Part shown: piece after piece, positions 15,738 to 28,659 of the stretch
Layout: each line of letters starts with the position of its first letter
Position numbering within the stretch: position 1 is the stretch's first letter
Source: Octopus vulgaris
Lineage: Eukaryota
NCBI GenBank assembly: GCA_951406725.2
Contig: OX597840.1
Span: 496,001-560,000, forward strand
Reading direction: 5' to 3'
DNA length: 64,000 nucleotides
The notes under the pieces: generated by a model
What the model saw: only the letters and a program-made list of their open reading frames with translations
Database searches by the model: none
Told to the model about the DNA's origin: nothing
Made by a program: the position numbers and the translations under genes

Positions 15738-16409
15738 ATGCATAAGTAACGGGAATACTGATACACGGAAAATTAGTAATTTCGAAGTGTCACCACATAC
15801 ACACATGTAGACAAGCATGCGTTCGATGATGCAATGATGTAGACATAGAGGAATATAAACCAAGTTAGTCACGTTTGGAGTGCCTTCGACTGAAGCCTCT
15901 CTTCCCTAACAGGAATCGTGGATCTAATATTACAAAAAACAGCAGTAACAATGGTAAAAACAATAACTATCGTTTTGAAATTTTAAGGATCAATGGTCAG
16001 AGTTCAATTATGAAAAGGGCCGGGAACGCAGCTGTGGATTTGAGATGCTCATACGACACGAACCAACAACCGTGTAATTCATTAATGAAGCGGTATCTTT
16101 CTTTCTTTGTTTCTTTCTCTCCCTCTTTCCCAAACACACGGCTTCTCTCACTTCCTCTCTGTCACTCACTCGCTCGCTCGTTCGTATGTACACGAGTACA
16201 TTCATACACACACACACACACGTACAAATATATACACATACAGACGCATACACACATGTGTCTATATATTTATATATTCATAGAAACATACATGCATATA
16301 TCTACATATATGCATAAATATATACCCCCACATATTCATACGTTTACAAAAACATACACACATATATAGGCACATTCATAGACACAGACACACACACACA
16401 CATATATGC

Positions 16410-16488
<79 letters not shown>

Positions 16489-16885
16489 AATATACCTACA
16501 TACACATATACATCTTTACATACTTAACCCAAAATGCAGTAAATACTGACATGTATATATACATATATGTATATATATACACTTGTATATTTTTGTATGT
16601 TTGTGTATTGGTATATATTGTAACATAAGTAAAAATTTAAAGTTATTAAAGAATGGAACTGAAGTGTATAAAGACGATTAAACAGGATGGTCACATTGAC
16701 ACACATACCCACGAACACACACACATATATATATATATATATACACAGACTCATAGGTATATATCAAATACGCATACATACAGGCACACGTTTATATATA
16801 GTGACTTACACGTATATATCATGTATACACATATTTATATATACGTACACGCAGGAATACATGCACACACATATATACATACCAC

Positions 16886-16945
<60 letters not shown>

Positions 16946-17136
16946 CATACATATATACACATTATATATACACCCATATATATATATATATACATACAGA
17001 TAGAAACATTCCCATATACATATATTGTGCCATATACTAACAATCATATACGTATATACCTATTTTTCTATTTATCTACCTATCTATCGATCGATCGATC
17101 TATAAATGTATGGGTACATATGTACATACACACTTC

Positions 17137-17175
<39 letters not shown>

Positions 17176-17290
17176 GTCTGTATGTATGTCCGTACGTATG
17201 TGTTCATATGTACATGTACATTACTAATTATATATATATATATACATACATACATACATACATTCATACATACATACATACATACATACA

Positions 17291-17325
<35 letters not shown>

Positions 17326-18462
17326 TTATATATATATATACACACATACATTCAACAATACGTAAATACACATTTACCTCCAAAACATTTTTGTCGTTGA
17401 CGTACGAGTTTCTTAAAAACCTTGTATCTGTGTGTCAGTATATGTGTGTTTATGTGTGTGTTTGTATGCGTGTATACATTTAAGTGTGTCTGTGTTGATG
17501 TAAATGGATGTTTGAAATCAAAGAATTCAACTCACTCGCCCCATTAAAACGTTTAGAAAAGCCGAAATATAAAAAGATGTTTGGGGCCCGAAACGAAGAT
17601 TAATAACCGACTCGAAATGAAACTGCTTGGAATAACGTGTTCGATATTAAATGGTCTGTGAAGGCAATAGAGCTGCTGTTTCTTTTTGACTCCTCTCCAG
17701 TTCTATGGCTCATTAGATAGGAAAGACACAGAGAAACAAGTGAAAAGGTGAGAGTTAGAGAGACGTAGGTGTGTGGGGATTGATCTGACGTTGATGGCTG
17801 AGTGGTGGGGTAGAGTGTGTGAGAAAGAAGGAGCGAGACATAGAGAGAGGCTCGCTCACAAACACATAGAGAGAGAAACAAATCGATAAAGAGACAGTAA
17901 GAGAAGGAGGTTGGGGGAGGAAAGACTAATAGAAGGGTAAAGTTTGGGAAATAGAGAAAAAGGGTGAGAGAGAGAGAGAGAGAGAGAGAAGAAAATAGAC
18001 AGAGAGAAGGAGGCCGAATGAAGATAATTTTATAATAAGCCAGGCAGTTAGAGGTCAGTACATACATAGACACAGACTGACACTCATATTCACACACACA
18101 CATATATATATATACATATACACACACAGATATATATAATAACATAAATATCTATCTAATTATGTATGTATACATGTATGTATGTATGTATGTATATATG
18201 TGTCTCTCTATCGATCTATATATATATACATACATTATATATATATATATATATATACTTGATGTATTAATATCTATATATTAATAGATATATGTACATC
18301 GATACATATGCTATATATACGTTTACGAATTTATGGGGTGGATGCATACATACATACATACATACATACATACATACTTACATACATATATATATATACA
18401 TATATACTTTTCATGTGTCTTGTGTATATACAACCATATATGTACGCCCAGACATTTATCCG

Positions 18463-18496
<34 letters not shown>

Positions 18497-18504
18497 CAAT
18501 GAGG

Positions 18505-18539
<35 letters not shown>

Positions 18540-18567
18540 ATATATATATATATGTATATATATGTAC

Positions 18568-18678
<111 letters not shown>

Positions 18679-18683
18679 CCTCA

Positions 18684-18785
<102 letters not shown>

Positions 18786-19318
18786 GAGAGAGAGATTCAA
18801 AGAAAGAAATAGGTAAGTAAATAAATTGCAAAATAGATTGATGTGAAACCGCAAAAGATAGAAGACATGAGCCTAAGTATGAAACGACAGAGGGTGGTTG
18901 AAGGAGAGTAAGAAGAATGATGCGGGAGAGGATGAGAATACGAGTTTGAGAGGAGGAGAAGATTTGAGGAAGAGGAAGGCGAAGGAGGAAGCGAGTAGGA
19001 GTAGTGAAAGGGAGAGAGAAAGAGAAAGAGAAAGTGGGGTAGAAAAAGACAGACTGGTGTAATATAGTCAATTAGACACGTAGATAAATAGATAGAGACA
19101 TAGAGAAAGAGAGATGGTCAGAAAGGGGAGAGAGAGAGAGTGGCACAGATATAGGGAGAGAATGGCGCAAAAGAGGAGTGAATGAGTGAGGGTCAGAAGG
19201 ATAGAGAGAGGTACAGAAGGGGAGAGTGAGAGAGGCACAGAAGCGGGAAAGAGAGATAAGGACAGAAGGGGAGAGAGGGAGTAACAGAAGGGAAGACAGA
19301 GGGATCAGAAGGAGAGAC

Positions 19319-19352
<34 letters not shown>

Positions 19353-19440
19353 GCACAGAAAGGGAGAAAGAGAAGAACAACAGGGTAGAGAGAGAGAGAG
19401 AGAAATGCTTAATTGAGGGAGTCGTTAGAGAGAATATAGG

Positions 19441-19610
19441 GATAGGCGTGGCTGTCTGGTTAAGAAGCTCGCATTGCAGCCACGAGGTTTCAGGTTCGGT
19501 CCCACTGTGGGAGCACCTCGGGTAAGCGACTTTTACTATAGACCCAAGCAGATCAATGCCTAGTGAATTAGTATTCTAGTAGACGGAAACTGTGCTTAAG
19601 CCAGGTGTAT
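19441..19610 (+). mobile_element. Old diverged SINE family A 5' half
   Basis: GTGGCTGTCTGGTTAAGAAGCT..GGTTCGGTCCCACTG..GTAGACGGAAACTG. Confidence 0.6.
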
Positions 19611-20640
19611 GCTTAGGTATGTATGTGTGTGTGTGTGTTTATGTGTTGAGAGAGCGAGAGGGAGAGTGAGAAAGTCAGAGAAAGAGAAAGTCTGTGTGTG
19701 TGTGTGTGTGTGTGTATAAGGTGGCAAACTGGCAGAAACGACTGTTGATGCTCATAAAACATCGGGCGACCCAGGGCTAAAGTCGAAGAAGATACTTGCT
19801 CAAGATGCCTCGCAAGAAATACCTACAAGCGAGCTTTCATGCGCGTGTCTGTTTGTCTCGGAGTGCGCGAGGATGTATTTGTATGCATGCACGTAGCTGT
19901 GTACAAACCCATCATACACATACAGATCATTCGCTCGTTAAATACACAGACCCCGAAGTACCTAGGGTCCCCTTCTCAGCTGGTTTACGAGCATTTATGG
20001 TAATTAATTAGTTGCAGCATCTAGGCACTTGCTTAAGGACTTTCCGATACTAAACGACTATTTGACTGTGGCAGGAACCAGCATTTTAACTCGGTACACA
20101 GGAAAAAGATCAAATACTACAAAATATTCTGTATAGATTTTAAATATTATATATTTACATTACTTGGAGTTTCGCCAGAGCAGGTCTCTTCAGGTAACGT
20201 GAATTAACTTATATGTTTCTTCTTCCATATTTTTGATCTGTTATCTTTTACTTGTTTCAATCATTGCTAAGTTACGAGGCCGTAAACAACGCCAGCTGAC
20301 ATCGTCAAGCGATGCTGGGTGATAAACACACACGTACACACACACACACACACAAATCTACTAACACAATCTCACACATATATACACATGGACATGTAAA
20401 TGCAATGAGATTCAGTGCCGTTTCCCTTAACCAACCCCACTCTTTAATAACATAATTTATCATTGGCTATAATTCAATCATTATCTTTTTGTTATTGGTC
20501 ATTAAACAAAGGGGTGGCAGGTGATCAATAAATGAATACGCATGCGTGCGTGCGTCTCTATGTTTCTTTACTAGTCTAATGGTAATTAGCTTCTAAATTT
20601 TATAAATATAATTTACGAATTTGACGTATAAGTATATATG

Positions 20641-21128
20641 ATTCTTTATTAGCCACACAGGGCTGCACACAGACGGGACGAATTACAAGGTAGAGCTTTT
20701 CTTTTGGGGATAAAAAAGGGGGGTTGGTTTTCGATCAAGAGGGAACGTAAAAGGTAAGAAACAGGAAAGCAAAGGCCAAAAGAGGGGGGGATAGAATTAA
20801 AGGAAAAAGAAAAAATCGATCAATATGGATCGTTATCACAGAAATGTCAATATAAAGTGTAAAGGGGGCGACAGGTGAGGTTTATCTGTGGAAAGAAAAG
20901 CCTACGGAAAAGACCACGGTAACCTCGGTCAATGAAGTCACATGTTACATTATTTTTTTACAAATAAGTTATTCTCTGTATTAAATTTTTACCGTTCATA
21001 GGATTATACTCAATGTGGCTTCGTCATTCATACGTGCCATCCTTGTTACAGTCACCCATCTTTTTTTTAAACATTTACTAGACAAAACTTGCCTCACTAC
21101 TCTCACTTTCCTTTTCAAGTGATACTTA
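20641..21128 (-). mobile_element. 3' end of a Tx1/L1-like LINE (ORF2 C-terminus plus 3' UTR)
   Basis: Minus strand KYHLKRKVRVVRQVLSSKCLKKRWVTVTRMARMNDEATLSIIL*, then a pyrimidine-rich UTR ending in AATAAAGAAT. The clade call rests on resemblance to Tx1-type ORF2 C-termini. Confidence 0.6.
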
Positions 21129-21397
21129 GAAACTTTGAGAACATGAATCAGTTCCTTTCTCAGAAAAATGATTCTCCACGCAGAAAATTTCTAAATTCTT
21201 ATAATGTCAACAACACACGATTTTCGCTGGCAAGAGTTGTTTCTAAAATGGAGACGGAAATATGGATATTTTTCTTTGCTCCATCGGTAGAACGTTCGTC
21301 ATATGCATGGGAGATGTGGTTTCGCGTCCCATAGGTAGACTTCAAGATTTATTTCTCTCTAAAATAATTTTAAACTCAATATCTGAATGCTATCATT

Positions 21398-21626
21398 GGT
21401 GAGCTGGCAGAACTGTTAGCACGCCGGGCAAAATGCTGAGCGGTATTTCGTCTGCCGTTACGTTCTGAGTTCAAATTCCGCCGAGGTCGACTTTGCCTTT
21501 CATCCTTTCGGGGTCAATAAATGAAGTACCAATTACGCACTGGGGTCTTTGTAACCGACTTAATCCCTTTGTCTGTCTTTGTTTGTCCCCTCCATGTTTA
21601 GCCCCCTGTGGGCAGTAAAGAAATAT
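21398..21626 (+). mobile_element. SINE family B monomer, young (Tx1-like) tail; central region resembles the Nin/Deu SINE domain
   Basis: Head GAGCTGGCAGAA..GAGTTCAAATTCC, core GGTCGACTTTGCCTTTCATCCTTTCGGGGTC, tail TTAGCCCCCTGTGGGCAGTAAAGAAATA. Confidence 0.88.
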
Positions 21627-21791
21627 ATTTATGTCTTTCCTTCGAGTTTCATCGTTCCAAAGAGGAATTAATAATTTAGGAATTATGTAAGAAAACAAAA
21701 TCATTTCATCTAAGTTATTAATTATTCGAAACTCTTTGCATTTGGCTTGCGAGATTCTTGATGTGAACTCGTGAGTTGTATCTCGGGACGG

Positions 21792-21826
<35 letters not shown>

Positions 21827-21866
21827 AAAAAGGAGATGTGGAACACGAGTTGTGATATATAAAAAA

Positions 21867-22137
21867 AGGAAATGAAGAAAATGCTGACAAAATAATTTAA
21901 GTAAGGGAGAGTGTATTTAATTAGGTGAAAGTTCTTTTTACCGGTTGCGCATTTGTTATGCTTATTAAAAGATATTTTTAAAGAGAGATAGAGTTCCTTT
22001 CTGATAGGAACTCTATCTCTCTTAAAAAATATCTTTTAATAAGCATAACAAATGCGCAACCGGTAAAAGGAACTTTCACCTAATTAAATACACTCTCCCT
22101 TACTTAAATTATTTTGTCAGCATTTTCCTCATTTCCT
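21867..22137. repeat. Near-perfect 271-bp palindrome (about 135-bp arms)
   Basis: Arms are reverse complements with about 4 mismatches; centre near 22002; abuts (TA)n. Confidence 0.95.
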
Positions 22138-22180
22138 ATATATATATATATATATATATATAGATAGATAGATAGATATA

Positions 22181-22381
22181 TACGACGGGCTTATATATAT
22201 ATACATATACATATATACGATTGGCTTCTTTCCGTTTCCGCCTACCAAATCCACTCACAAGGCTTTGGGCGGCCCGAGGCTATAGTAGAAGACATTTGCC
22301 AAAGGTGCCACGCAGTGGGACTGAAGTTCGAACTAAATAATTGGTAAGCAAGCTACTTACCAAACTGCCACTCCTGCGTCT
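22181..22381 (-). mobile_element. SINE family A, 5' half
   Basis: Matches head through GAAAGAAGCC..CGTAT; stops in the internal microsatellite. Confidence 0.85.
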
Positions 22382-22586
22382 ATGATAATATATATATACA
22401 TATATTTGTATATATATATTAGAGTATGTGTACATATGTATATATATATGTACATACACACACACACAAATATATATGAAATTTGACTGATGACTAAAAA
22501 GCCACGAATGTTCCGTCCGGGTTTTACTGTCCGTCTTTGTGTCGTCCATCTGTCCGTATGCTTTTATTGTCGTCCGTTCCGTTCTT

Positions 22587-22660
<74 letters not shown>

Positions 22661-22663
<3 letters not shown>

Positions 22664-23083
22664 TCTTTTACTCTTTACTCTTTTACTTGTTTCAGTCATT
22701 TGACTGCGGCCATGCTGGAGCACCGCCTTTAATCGAGGAACTCGACCCCGGGACTTATTCTTTTTGTAAGCCCAGTACTTATTCTATCGGTCTCTTTTGC
22801 CGAACCGCTAAGTAATGGGGACATAAACACACTAGCATCGGTTGTCAAGCAATGCTAGGGGGACAAACACAGACACACAAACACACACACACACACGCAT
22901 ATATACATATATACATATATGCGACGGGCTTCTTTTCAGTTTCCGTCTACCAAATCTACTCACAAGGCTTTGGTCGGCCCGAGGCTATAGTAGAAGACAC
23001 TTGCCCAAGGTACCACGCAGTGGGACTGAACCCGGAACCATGTGGTTGGTAAACAATCTACTTGCCACACAGCCACTCCTGCG

Positions 23084-23085
<2 letters not shown>
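22661..23085 (-). mobile_element. SINE family A, full length, inserted in (TA)n
   Basis: Complete GGCGCAGGAGTGGC start and (AAGAGTA)n tail; TA runs on both sides. Confidence 0.92.
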
Positions 23086-23128
<43 letters not shown>

Positions 23129-23259
23129 GAATAAGGGTAGAAATTGATATTAATCATTTAAAACCAGTGGCCTAGCATATTAAAAAAATCCGAAGATTAA
23201 AATATTTTTCTACATACAATTTTTTTTGTATGTAATTTATATATATATATATATATATA

Positions 23260-23549
23260 TTGATAAAACGGTAAGATAACAAAAGAAAGAAAGAGACCTC
23301 AATATTATGTAAATAGAGGAAATTTATCTATACAATATGTTACATTACTCGGTAGTCAAGATAAAACTCTGAGTTTCAGATGCCGAAGTGGAAATCCACA
23401 ACACCATCTCTTCGGTTATCTGGCTATTTGAAAACGTTATGAAAATATACCGTTAAAAATACCGTTAAAAATGAAGAGATGGTGTTGTGGATTTCCACTT
23501 CGGCATCTGAAACTCAGAGTTTTATCTTGACTACCGAGTAATGTAACAT

Positions 23550-23555
<6 letters not shown>
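23260..23555. mobile_element. Family F element plus inverted partial copy, in (TA)n
   Basis: 23260-23436 is a minus-strand copy; 23474-23555 is an inverted copy starting at GAAGAG. Confidence 0.8.
23359..23421 (-). ncRNA. Type-I hammerhead-like motif, core variant CCGAAGA
   Basis: AGATAA-CCGAAGA-GATGGTG..CGGCATC T-GAAA CTCAGAG T T-TTATCT: 6-bp stem I in exact register, near-palindromic stem III, GUU site. Confidence 0.65.
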
Positions 23556-23595
<40 letters not shown>

Positions 23596-23611
23596 TGCGT
23601 ATGTGTCTTTA

Positions 23612-23812
23612 TGGTTTGTCCCCACCAACACTTGACACTTGGTATTGCTTTGTCCACGTCACCATAACTTAACGGTTCGCCAAAAGAATCAATAGAATAA
23701 GTACCAGCCTTTTCAACAAGAGAAAAATACTGGTGTTGATTCGTTCGTCTAAAACCCTTGAAGGCAGTGCTCCAGCGTGGCTGAACACCAACGTCTGAAT
23801 CATGTAAAAAGA
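23612..23812 (+). mobile_element. Old SINE family A 3' half
   Basis: TAACTTAACGGTTCG..ATAGAATAAGTACC..GGCAGTGCTCCAGCGTGGC. Confidence 0.65.
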
Positions 23813-24172
23813 TAACTGACAGCAGAGAAGAATATACAAAGAAATCGAGATAGGAAATTAAATATTATGAAATTAAATACAAGGAAATTAAACCTATTTC
23901 CTTTGTCTATTTCTTATACTGGCTTAATAGGAAAACGCCAAAAGATTTATGGTTAGGCTGCGATCGTTCTAACTTTATTGTAATCTATAAAAAATTTCTT
24001 TCAGAAATCTATTAAAAAATGAATCTGTTGTAAGACATTATATTTTAGGATTTCCACATATTTCCGGACAGGACAGAATATACATTGTGTAATGATGTAA
24101 TGAGAAAATATTATATCAAGGTTTCAATTTAAAAAGGGGAAAAAAAATATCTGTGTCTCTTTTGTCGATTGG

Positions 24173-24384
24173 TTGTTTCAATTTTCAATTATTAAGACTG
24201 CGGCCTTGCTGGGGCATCGCCTTGAAGGATTATAGCTGAAAGAAACGACCTCAGTACCTATTATATTTTTAAGTCTTGTAGTTATTGCATCGGTCTTTTT
24301 TGCCGAGGAGTGATGTTACGGGGACATAAATACACCAGCACCGGTTGTCAAGCAGTGGAAGGGGACAAACAGACATACACACAC

Positions 24385-24430
<46 letters not shown>

Positions 24431-24597
24431 TCACATAATATTTTATACACGATGGACTTCTTTAAGCTTATGTCTAGCAAGTCCACTATGGAGGTTTTGG
24501 TCAACCCTGGGCTATAGTAGAATGTCACACTGTGGGAATGAACCTGAAACCATGTGGTTTGAAGGCAAACTTCTCATCCCACAGCCACATCTGTGCC
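24173..24597 (-). mobile_element. Old SINE family A, near full length
   Basis: Diverged but collinear, with internal (CA)n. Confidence 0.75.
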
Positions 24598-24657
24598 TAC
24601 ATATTTAGTTTATTAATATTTATATTAATATTGTTTATTAATATTTGACATAAATTG

Positions 24658-24842
24658 GGCGGTAAGCAGACACAAACCTTACAGCGCCGGGCGAAATGCT
24701 TAGATGCATTTCGTCCGCTTTCACGTTTTGAATTCAAATGTCAACGAGGTCAAATTTGCCGTTCATTTTTTCGGAGTTCGACAATACCAGTTGAGCCTAT
24801 CTCCCTAAAATGCTGGCCTTGTGCCAAAATGTAAACCCAATA
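24658..24842 (+). mobile_element. Old SINE family B (old tail GGCCTTGTGCCAAAAT)
   Basis: CGCCGGGCGAAATGCTTAG..GAATTCAAAT..GAGGTCAA. Confidence 0.7.
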
Positions 24843-24848
24843 AGAGTC

Positions 24849-25023
24849 GAGGCGCGTGGCTTAGTGGTTAGGGTGTTGGAGTCATGATTGTAAGATGGTG
24901 ATATCGATTCCTGGACCGAGCGACTCGTTGTGTTCTTGAGCAAAACCCGTCATCTCACGTTGCTCCAGTCCAATCAGCTGGCAAAGAAGAGTCAGCCTAC
25001 GACGGACTGGCATCTTGTCAAGG
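24849..25023 (+). mobile_element. CORE-like tRNA SINE with tail Y start
   Basis: GGCGCGTGGCTTAGTGGTTAGGG head, TTGTGTTCTTGAGCAA core, CCTACGACGGACTGGCATC shared with the tail at 60165-60180. Confidence 0.7.
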
Positions 25024-25412
25024 TAACGAAGACATTTAAATAGTAACAACGAGTGTAATAGGTAGAACTATATACTGATCCGACTTTGTGCGGACTAGTA
25101 TATAGTTCTGCATATTATATTATCCGGTAATCCAAATATAGTTCATAATGTAAAATCAAATTATATTTTAAACTATAGAGTTGTCTATAAATGCTTATCA
25201 ATATAGGATTTCATTATAGGGACAACACTTCTGTGAAACAATCCTAAGATGCTTTAAATACCTAATTCAAAACTTAAACTGTCATATACATTATATATTT
25301 ATACTTATACATATTTACATATATTTTTATACATATTTATATATTTTTAATACAACAAATATTTTTCGCACGTGTATATCTTTCTGAGGAGTTTTCTGAT
25401 ATTGATATCCTA

Positions 25413-25802
25413 ATACTCTTTACTCTTTTACTTGTTTCAGTCATTTGACTGCGGCCATGCTGGAGCACCGCCTTTAGTCGAGCAAATCAACCCCGGGACT
25501 TATTCTTTGTAAGCCCAGTACTTATACTATCGGTCTCTTTTGCCGAACCGCTAAGTGAAGGGGACGTAAACACACCAGCATCAGTTGTCAAGCAATGCTA
25601 GGGGAACAAACACACACAAACAAACACATACACTTATATATATATACATATATACGACAGGCTTCTTTTCAGTTTCCGTCTACCAAATCCACTCACAAGG
25701 CATTGGTCGGCCCGGGGCTATAGCAGAAGACACTTGCCCAAGATGCCACGCAGTGGGACTGAACCCGGAACCATGTGGCTGGTAAGCAAGCTACTTACCA
25801 CA
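25413..25802 (-). mobile_element. SINE family A, slightly 5'-truncated, flanked by a 92-bp direct repeat
   Basis: Flanks 25321-25412 and 25802-25893 match at 89/92. Confidence 0.9.
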
Positions 25803-26184
25803 TATTTTTATACATATTTATATATTTTTAATACAACAAATATTTTTCACACGTGTATATCTTTCTGAGGAGTTTTCTGATATAGATTTCCTATTATTAA
25901 TAATAATATATTATTAAAAAAAATATATCTATATAATCGCTGTAGATAATCGTATTAAATATATAAATACTTTAATAGTATTATTACTTTGATACAATAG
26001 AGCACTCAATGTAAATTCAGTATATAATGTTCTCATTAAATATAATTAACTGAAGATTTATATATATATATATATATATATAGAAGAGATACCCAAAAGT
26101 ATCAGGTAATGCCGAATAAGTGCTTTAGACAGACCATAGTTAAGTTCCAGATTCGGTAATATTGCGAATGGATGTCAGCGTATG

Positions 26185-26426
26185 TATATATGAATTTTTT
26201 GCGTAATGAGATAAAAAAAACTAAGGCTGTATAGATATTAGAACATTTATAGACAGAAGGTCTTCGGAACTAACTCTGACTTAATTTTTCCTCTCACACC
26301 GTCCCTGATGAAGGGATATTATTATTAATTAATATTCTAGAAACAGCTGTAAGACCTATCTATAAATGCTCTAATATCTATATAGCCTTGTTTTCTTTTA
26401 TCTCATTACGCAAAAAATTCATATAT

Positions 26427-26427
<1 letters not shown>
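26185..26427 (+). mobile_element. About 240-bp element: ~80-bp inverted arms enclosing a hammerhead (Penelope pLTR-like)
   Basis: 26185-26264 is the reverse complement of 26351-26427 with small indels. Confidence 0.8.
26301..26355 (+). ncRNA. Minimal type-I hammerhead ribozyme motif with canonical core
   Basis: GTCC-CTGATGA-A-GGGATATT..AATATTCT-A-GAA ACAGCTGT A-AGAC: 8-bp stem II, palindromic stem III, GUA site; first stem-I pair mismatched. Confidence 0.75.
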
Positions 26428-26466
<39 letters not shown>

Positions 26467-26469
26467 ACA

Positions 26470-26689
<220 letters not shown>

Positions 26690-26704
26690 CATACATACAT
26701 ATTT

Positions 26705-27360
26705 ACATACACATCTGTAAATCACAAGAGGCAGGATTCTTAATCTGAAAAAACTCAGTGGGGACCTCAGAAGGGTTCGATGCAATCACTCGAGAATTTC
26801 TGAGTGGACTTCTCATCCACAAACGCGCGAGTTTTCCCTGCATCTTAATGCTTGATAAATAGCAGAAGCTATGAGTATCTCTCTTGGGTGTTAGGTGGTG
26901 ACGGCGTGGTCGAACATAGTTAGTCATGCCAAGGTTATTGTTCACAGCTCTGGTCACTGCGGAAAGGAACACGTTGAATTTCTTTGCAAGAGTTGTCATG
27001 GTTGTGGATGGATTGGCTTTAATTGAGCGTTTGCGACCAGCGAGAAAATTTGGATTGCTCTCGGAATCACATCGAGTCTTGTGTTCTTTCAAATTGTTCA
27101 TACACACGATAAACTGTTGCTTTTGGAAGTGTCGTCAACTCAACAATTTTAATGGCAGTGTGTGCACGACGTGCGCGAAAACAAGAATGGCGGAACGATC
27201 CTGGTGTTCCATGACTTTCTGTTGTGGAATCAGTTCGATATTTACCCCAAAAATAAACATGAGGATCAGATTTTCAAGCAAGCAAGGTTTTGGCAAGAAA
27301 TGAAATGTAAAACCCACTAAGTTAATAGCTTAAAATTGGTCTCAATTTATCTACAAGAAC
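26705..27360 (-). mobile_element. Tc1/mariner-superfamily transposase N-terminal (HTH) relic
   Basis: MEHQDRSAILVFAHVVHT.., then KRSIKANPSTTMTTLAKKFNVFLSAVTRAVNNNLGMTNYVRPRRHHLT; frameshifted. Confidence 0.7.
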
Positions 27361-27543
27361 GTCTCTCTCTCAATATATATATATATAAATTAAATTAGAG
27401 ATAAAACCACTATTAGGCAAATCAAACAGTGAAAAACATAAACCAAAACATAGAAATAAAATTAATTTATATAAAATACAAAATATATAAAAGATATAAA
27501 ATTCAAAATTTAAATAATTTAAATTTAAAATTATTAATTTATA

Positions 27544-27588
<45 letters not shown>

Positions 27589-27627
27589 AAAAAATTTAAT
27601 ATATATAACTTTCAAAAAGTATAAAAA

Positions 27628-27692
<65 letters not shown>

Positions 27693-28659
27693 AAATATAC
27701 ACTGAGCAAAAAATCCCGTTGTTGTCTCTGCCAAATGCGCTCGCTGTCTTTTGTATGTTCTCCGATCACTTGGTCATTCTCAGATTCACACAGTTACTGT
27801 AGCGGTCCTCCAGCTTTCCGAAACCCTGTAAAAAACTTCGGAAGTTTAGGCCTTCAACCAAGCCTTCCGTGATGCCCTTAAATCCAGGTACTTTTCAGCA
27901 CTCCCTTGTAAAACTACACGTTACAAATTTTTCTAGGAATCTCTAAATTTGCCAGAAGCAAACCGGTTCTATATTAGCGAGCATGCTAATAGGTGTAGTA
28001 TTTTGCAAATAAGGAAATTTTCGTTTCTTTTATGTGTGCATAAAATTTTATTTAAATTTGCATTAAATCACTTCTAAGCAAGGAGAACCTTTTGTGAACT
28101 TTAAGAATAACAGCTGAATAGAGAAGAATGAAAACTCGGTACAATTTTGCTCGGAAAGTAGTCATTTCAACACTGAAGTATTTTAATAAATTTAACCCTA
28201 AGCCTTATATAATATTTTAATGGACGCCTAATGTAACCTACAGAAGAGCTAGCGAAGATAATGCGCTGGAAGGCGTTGTTCTTTTTCGCATGAATTTTAT
28301 GAAAAACGAGAATAAAGAGAAGCTAGGTTTGATCTCGGGGCAGAACATTTTTGAAAATTTTCGAAGAGAAACAAACAATTTCAAAAAGAGAACTTCAAAA
28401 TGACGAGGAATATACAATTCCAAAAAGAAGAGGAACAATACCTTCCGGGAGGAAACGTTGCATAATCTAAAGAATATCTCAGAATACAACAATATATTGT
28501 CGTAGGCAGATGAAAAGAAACAAATTTGAAATGAACTATAACTTTTATAATAATCTGCTAACCAAGGGCTTTAAATTATTATAGAAACTACGGCTATTAA
28601 AAATAAACATAGCCTCCAGTTTTAGGATGTACGTAGGAATAGACGTTTAGCATTGAAAA

